From: Trypanosoma brucei
Taxonomy: Eukaryota
Length of the DNA: 64,000 nt
Direction of reading: 5' to 3'
Assembly: GCA_000002445.1 (NCBI GenBank)
Contig: CM000208.1
Coordinates: 2,528,001 to 2,592,000, forward strand
Position 1 is the stretch's first letter. Every line of letters begins with the position of its first letter. Shown here in pieces: positions 60,973-64,000 of this stretch. The position numbers and the translations under genes were made by a program. Below the pieces are notes generated by a model. It was given only the letters and a program-made list of their open reading frames with translations, did no database searches and had not been told where the DNA came from.

Positions 60973-62682
60973 TTACAAATGTATGATATTGTGGGGTAAA
61001 AGTACGTCGGTTACCGTTCGTCTGCACTTGGGGCACTTCCGTTTAATTTTCTTCATCGCCAATTTTCCAATGTCCACGACACCCTTGGGCTCACCCGCAA
61101 CGCGCTCTTTAGAGTTCTTCCCAAACGGGCACAGCAGGCACCCACAACAACTGGACTCTTGTGCCTCCGCTGCCCCTGCCTCCCTGTTGTCAGCATCCAC
61201 ATGTGCGCCGCTAGGATTTCCTGCATGCTCACCATCAGCGGAGGAGACACTTTGCAGAGCCTCCTCGGCACGAACCTGAGAATCGGATGCGGCCGCAGAG
61301 CAAGTTTGTTTAGGCAGACGTCTGGGGCTTATTGTTCGTTTCTTTTTAATATTTAGGCACGCGTAACAGTAAAAGTGACCACATGGCAGAAGAACAATAA
61401 TCCCCTCGTCCTCCGCATGGTAATCAGAATCATCGCATATACCTCTCTCACCGGGTGGCCTGGAACCCTGAACCGCGTCAACAAGTGAGAGAAGTGACCG
61501 CGGGCGTAATGCCAGCTCACACCCTGCGCAATAAAACTCACCGCTCAGACAGGGGCCATCTCCACCCTCCTCTTGTATTTGCTTGCTTGGATCGGATCTG
61601 CGAGTCGTGCAAAAACAACAAATACATCGAAGCAAGGGGCAACATCCTGAAGAGCCACCCTCTGCAGAAAGACCATCGGCAATGAACCCATGGCGTCGCA
61701 CCGCGTAATGCGCAGCCACCTCTACCTGTCGCATTCCGTTCGCTACAATCGTGTTGTCACGATAAGTTGCACAAGCACGGGAAACCCAAACGCAAGAAAT
61801 GATCCCTATCATAAAAACAAACGACGAAAATAGGGCAAGCATCTGCTGAAGTGATCCAACAAATGTCGGACCCACGCCCTCTCCGTTGCTCAGACAGGCC
61901 GAACAAAATCCTGGAGATACAATACCTTGAAGATTTTGGCAGCTATCTCCCTCACTGGAAGGTATGCAAGACTGTGAGCCACAACACCACATACAATCCT
62001 CCAGGCCGCTCGCCGCGTCACCAGAAGCCAAACACAAACCGCACGTATCTGCATAGTGGCACCGCGAGGGGCACGTCTCTCCTACAGCGATAGGACGACC
62101 GCCTTTAGAGCACCCGCTCGTATTTCTCACGCACCGGTGCTCTTCACAGCACCATCCACAGCCATCATTTTGGCTGAGGCATTCATCAACTGTCAGACGA
62201 TGCGAACAGGTGTCAGAGGCACAGGCAAGATCACTGCCGTCGACTTTACAGTACGAGCCCGCCTCACAGCATGTAACATTTCGTTCATCAGCACAGCACT
62301 CCTCACTTTGACCACAAGACCCCACAACCCTCCCAGGGAAACCGCAGCACTTACTTCCCCCAGATACACAATAGTAGTAAGCTGGGCCTCCGCAGCATAT
62401 GGGCGCAAACGAAGGGCAATACCCGTCCCCACATCCAACGAGCCCACCCACTGAGAGGCTCTCGTTGCTGCTTAGTCTATTCACCACCTGACCAACACCA
62501 GCTGAACCGTTCAACGCCACGAGCCCCCTTACGACAGGCCAAACAACATTACTCCCCTCCGTCCTAGATGGTGTCGGCATCTCAAGCCACACATCATCCT
62601 TCAAAATACTCCGCTTGTGATCCGCTGAAGCTACCCGCACCAGCAGAAACGGTACCGAAAACAATGTTAGCCACAAGGACAT
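60973..62682 (-). CDS. type I membrane protein: signal peptide, Cys-rich ectodomain, one TM, cytoplasmic RING-type zinc finger and basic tail (putative membrane E3 ligase)
   Basis: ATG verified. MSLWLTLFSVPFLLVRVASA is the signal peptide. More than 50 Cys in the ectodomain with CC/CxxC pairs. TM helix LALFSSFVFMIGIISCVWV. A RING-like segment with spaced Cys/His ligands, partly quoted: ICDDSDYHAEDEGIIVLLPCGHFYCYAC ... CPKCRR. Confidence 0.6.
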   Translation of the reverse strand: MSLWLTLFSVPFLLVRVASADHKRSILKDDVWLEMPTPSRTEGSNVVWPVVRGLVALNGSAGVGQVVNRLSSNESLSVGGLVGCGDGYCPSFAPICCGGPAYYYCVSGGSKCCGFPGRVVGSCGQSEECCADERNVTCCEAGSYCKVDGSDLACASDTCSHRLTVDECLSQNDGCGWCCEEHRCVRNTSGCSKGGRPIAVGETCPSRCHYADTCGLCLASGDAASGLEDCMWCCGSQSCIPSSEGDSCQNLQGIVSPGFCSACLSNGEGVGPTFVGSLQQMLALFSSFVFMIGIISCVWVSRACATYRDNTIVANGMRQVEVAAHYAVRRHGFIADGLSAEGGSSGCCPLLRCICCFCTTRRSDPSKQIQEEGGDGPCLSGEFYCAGCELALRPRSLLSLVDAVQGSRPPGERGICDDSDYHAEDEGIIVLLPCGHFYCYACLNIKKKRTISPRRLPKQTCSAAASDSQVRAEEALQSVSSADGEHAGNPSGAHVDADNREAGAAEAQESSCCGCLLCPFGKNSKERVAGEPKGVVDIGKLAMKKIKRKCPKCRRTVTDVLLPHNIIHL

Positions 62683-63458
62683 GCCTGGCTATGGAAATGC
62701 AACAACTATGTCATGTTCAAAGAAACATTATAGAATGGAAAAAGTATCGAAAATATCACAAAACGAGGCAACTAGCCCGTGGCACACAACAGCGAATACG
62801 TAACACACCCCACAAATGGCAAACAATATACCTTACACATAAAAAAACAGAAACTCTAAATTAGCAACGCATCAATCAGCGGAAAAACAAACAAATCATG
62901 ATGGATGCATAGCTTCTAAGCAATCAACTTCCCTTGCGTCGGAGAGTTAAAAAAGGTGCAAAGCGATCACAGCAATCATAAAAAAAGATGGCGTAAGCAT
63001 CCCCCACCACGAAACTCACACTGCTGTCAGCAATTACTGCTTTATCTGTTGATGAAAAAGTACTTCCCTCCCCCTGTAAATATAAAAAAAAAAAAGAAGA
63101 GACGGCTGTCACAACAAAAAATAGGGGAGCAACCAAGGTTAATCTTCACCAACTTAGCGTCAGCGAAAGGGCCGCAAGGGGGACACGTGTTTCCGTTTAA
63201 GAGAGGGCACACGTGAGGCACTACAATTATAAACTCACACGCGAACCCACATAGTGAAAAAGTAAGATTAAATAATGCATTCTGTATGTTTAAAAGATAA
63301 CAAAAGCGAAGGAAATTTTCGCCTCACATTCTCCCTACCAGGGGAAAGCGTTGAGCGCTCATGGCGTAGGCTGTACAACAAACTGCCATGTGCACTGAAA
63401 GGCCACCATCACACACATTGCACCTTCCCAAAGTTGCTTTCCCCGGAGAAGCGGTGGT

Positions 63459-64000
63459 TTATAGATAATGCATTGTTGTCCGCAAGTTGCCCCCCAGCGT
63501 TTTCAAATTGGTGAGCGCAGAATACTTACGCCCATACTCCGCTGCGCACTTCAGGGGGAGGGGTAGCGGAAGCGCATCGGTTTTGTTAGGATATAGAAAG
63601 CACATCCCGTACAGGAGAGCCTGTAGCTCTCCAAGATCGAATCCTTTCCGCTTGGAGACGACATACAGCGTAGAGCGGGCGTGACCAAGGGTGCAATTTG
63701 CGCCGGTGAGAAAGAATGCCTCACCAAATTTTTTGTCCGCACCTTCCGCTGTAACGAAACCGCGTGGGGCGTTGCAGTACATCGTGCGGTCATCAGGGGC
63801 TTGGAAAGCAAAGCGCGAGTGCTGATACCGCTGGCCAGCCACAACCGCCCAGCTGCTTCCCTTGAGCACCTCACTCAGGACGTCGACGTCACTCTTGCGG
63901 GCATCAAGCAATTCTCCCTCCGAGGCACAGCCACGCAGAACCAGGTACGCCGACACAGCATTTCCCTTGCTCGTGAAGTGGCTTTTTGCTTCTTGCACGA
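63459..64000 (-). CDS. AGO1: Argonaute/PIWI-family protein, C-terminal ~180 aa of PIWI domain (partial; N-terminus beyond window end)
   Basis: HSRFAFQAPDDR...FFLTGANCTLGHARSTLYVV...DLGELQALLYGMCFLYPNKTDALPLPLPLKCAAEYGRKYSAL aligns with the Argonaute PIWI C-terminus (HTRLFC...[21 protein letters not shown]...ELQILTYQLCHTY...IPAPAYYAHLVAFRARYHL). The track 'M' at 63998 is GTG, so the frame is open to the window edge. The AGO1 symbol is inferred from synteny with the RGG2-like gene. Confidence 0.6.
   Translation of the reverse strand, partial: VQEAKSHFTSKGNAVSAYLVLRGCASEGELLDARKSDVDVLSEVLKGSSWAVVAGQRYQHSRFAFQAPDDRTMYCNAPRGFVTAEGADKKFGEAFFLTGANCTLGHARSTLYVVSKRKGFDLGELQALLYGMCFLYPNKTDALPLPLPLKCAAEYGRKYSALTNLKTLGGNLRTTMHYL

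Overview
This window reads as a kinetoplastid nuclear chromosome segment, probably Trypanosoma brucei-group. The basis is that the histone H2B protein matches T. brucei H2B as I recall it, and that the gene set and order fit my memory of T. brucei chr10 around the H2B array, RGG2 and AGO1. That identification is from memory and has not been checked against a database.

Every gene I can support lies on the minus strand, so the window is one directional polycistronic transcription unit transcribed from high to low coordinates. There is no strand-switch, no tRNA or rRNA, no CRISPR and no prokaryotic-style system. I see no novel biological system here; it looks like ordinary core chromosome sequence.

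Contents from low to high coordinate:
- A partial mitochondrial carrier gene at 1..953 that is missing from the supplied ORF track because its frame runs off the window edge.
- A 12.4-kb tandem array of 14 histone H2B genes with 902-908-bp units.
- About 24 further genes: a PHS1/HACD dehydratase, Nar1/NARFL, a dual-specificity phosphatase, a multi-RanBP2-zinc-finger protein, PRP31, a tetraspanin-like protein, a cytosolic carboxypeptidase, HAP2/GCS1, a DHHC palmitoyltransferase, an ADAT1-like deaminase, an RGG2-like RRM protein, a transmembrane RING protein and a partial PIWI/Argonaute gene.

The supplied ORF track uses GTG/TTG as starts. I checked several first codons and found them non-ATG. 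I therefore moved gene starts to the first in-frame ATG, confirmed as 'cat' on the plus strand, and judged them against upstream polypyrimidine/AG trans-splicing context.

The most interesting observations are:
- H2B array microheterogeneity, including two copies with amino-acid substitutions and a terminal copy with a unique 3' flank.
- The overlooked mitochondrial carrier gene.
- A strand-composition inversion with two candidate small ORFs between the array and PHS1.
- Start-codon ambiguities where the polyY tract abuts the first ATG.
- A HAP2 gamete fusogen with a long ORF-free flank.
- A PIWI fragment whose catalytic-His position appears substituted.
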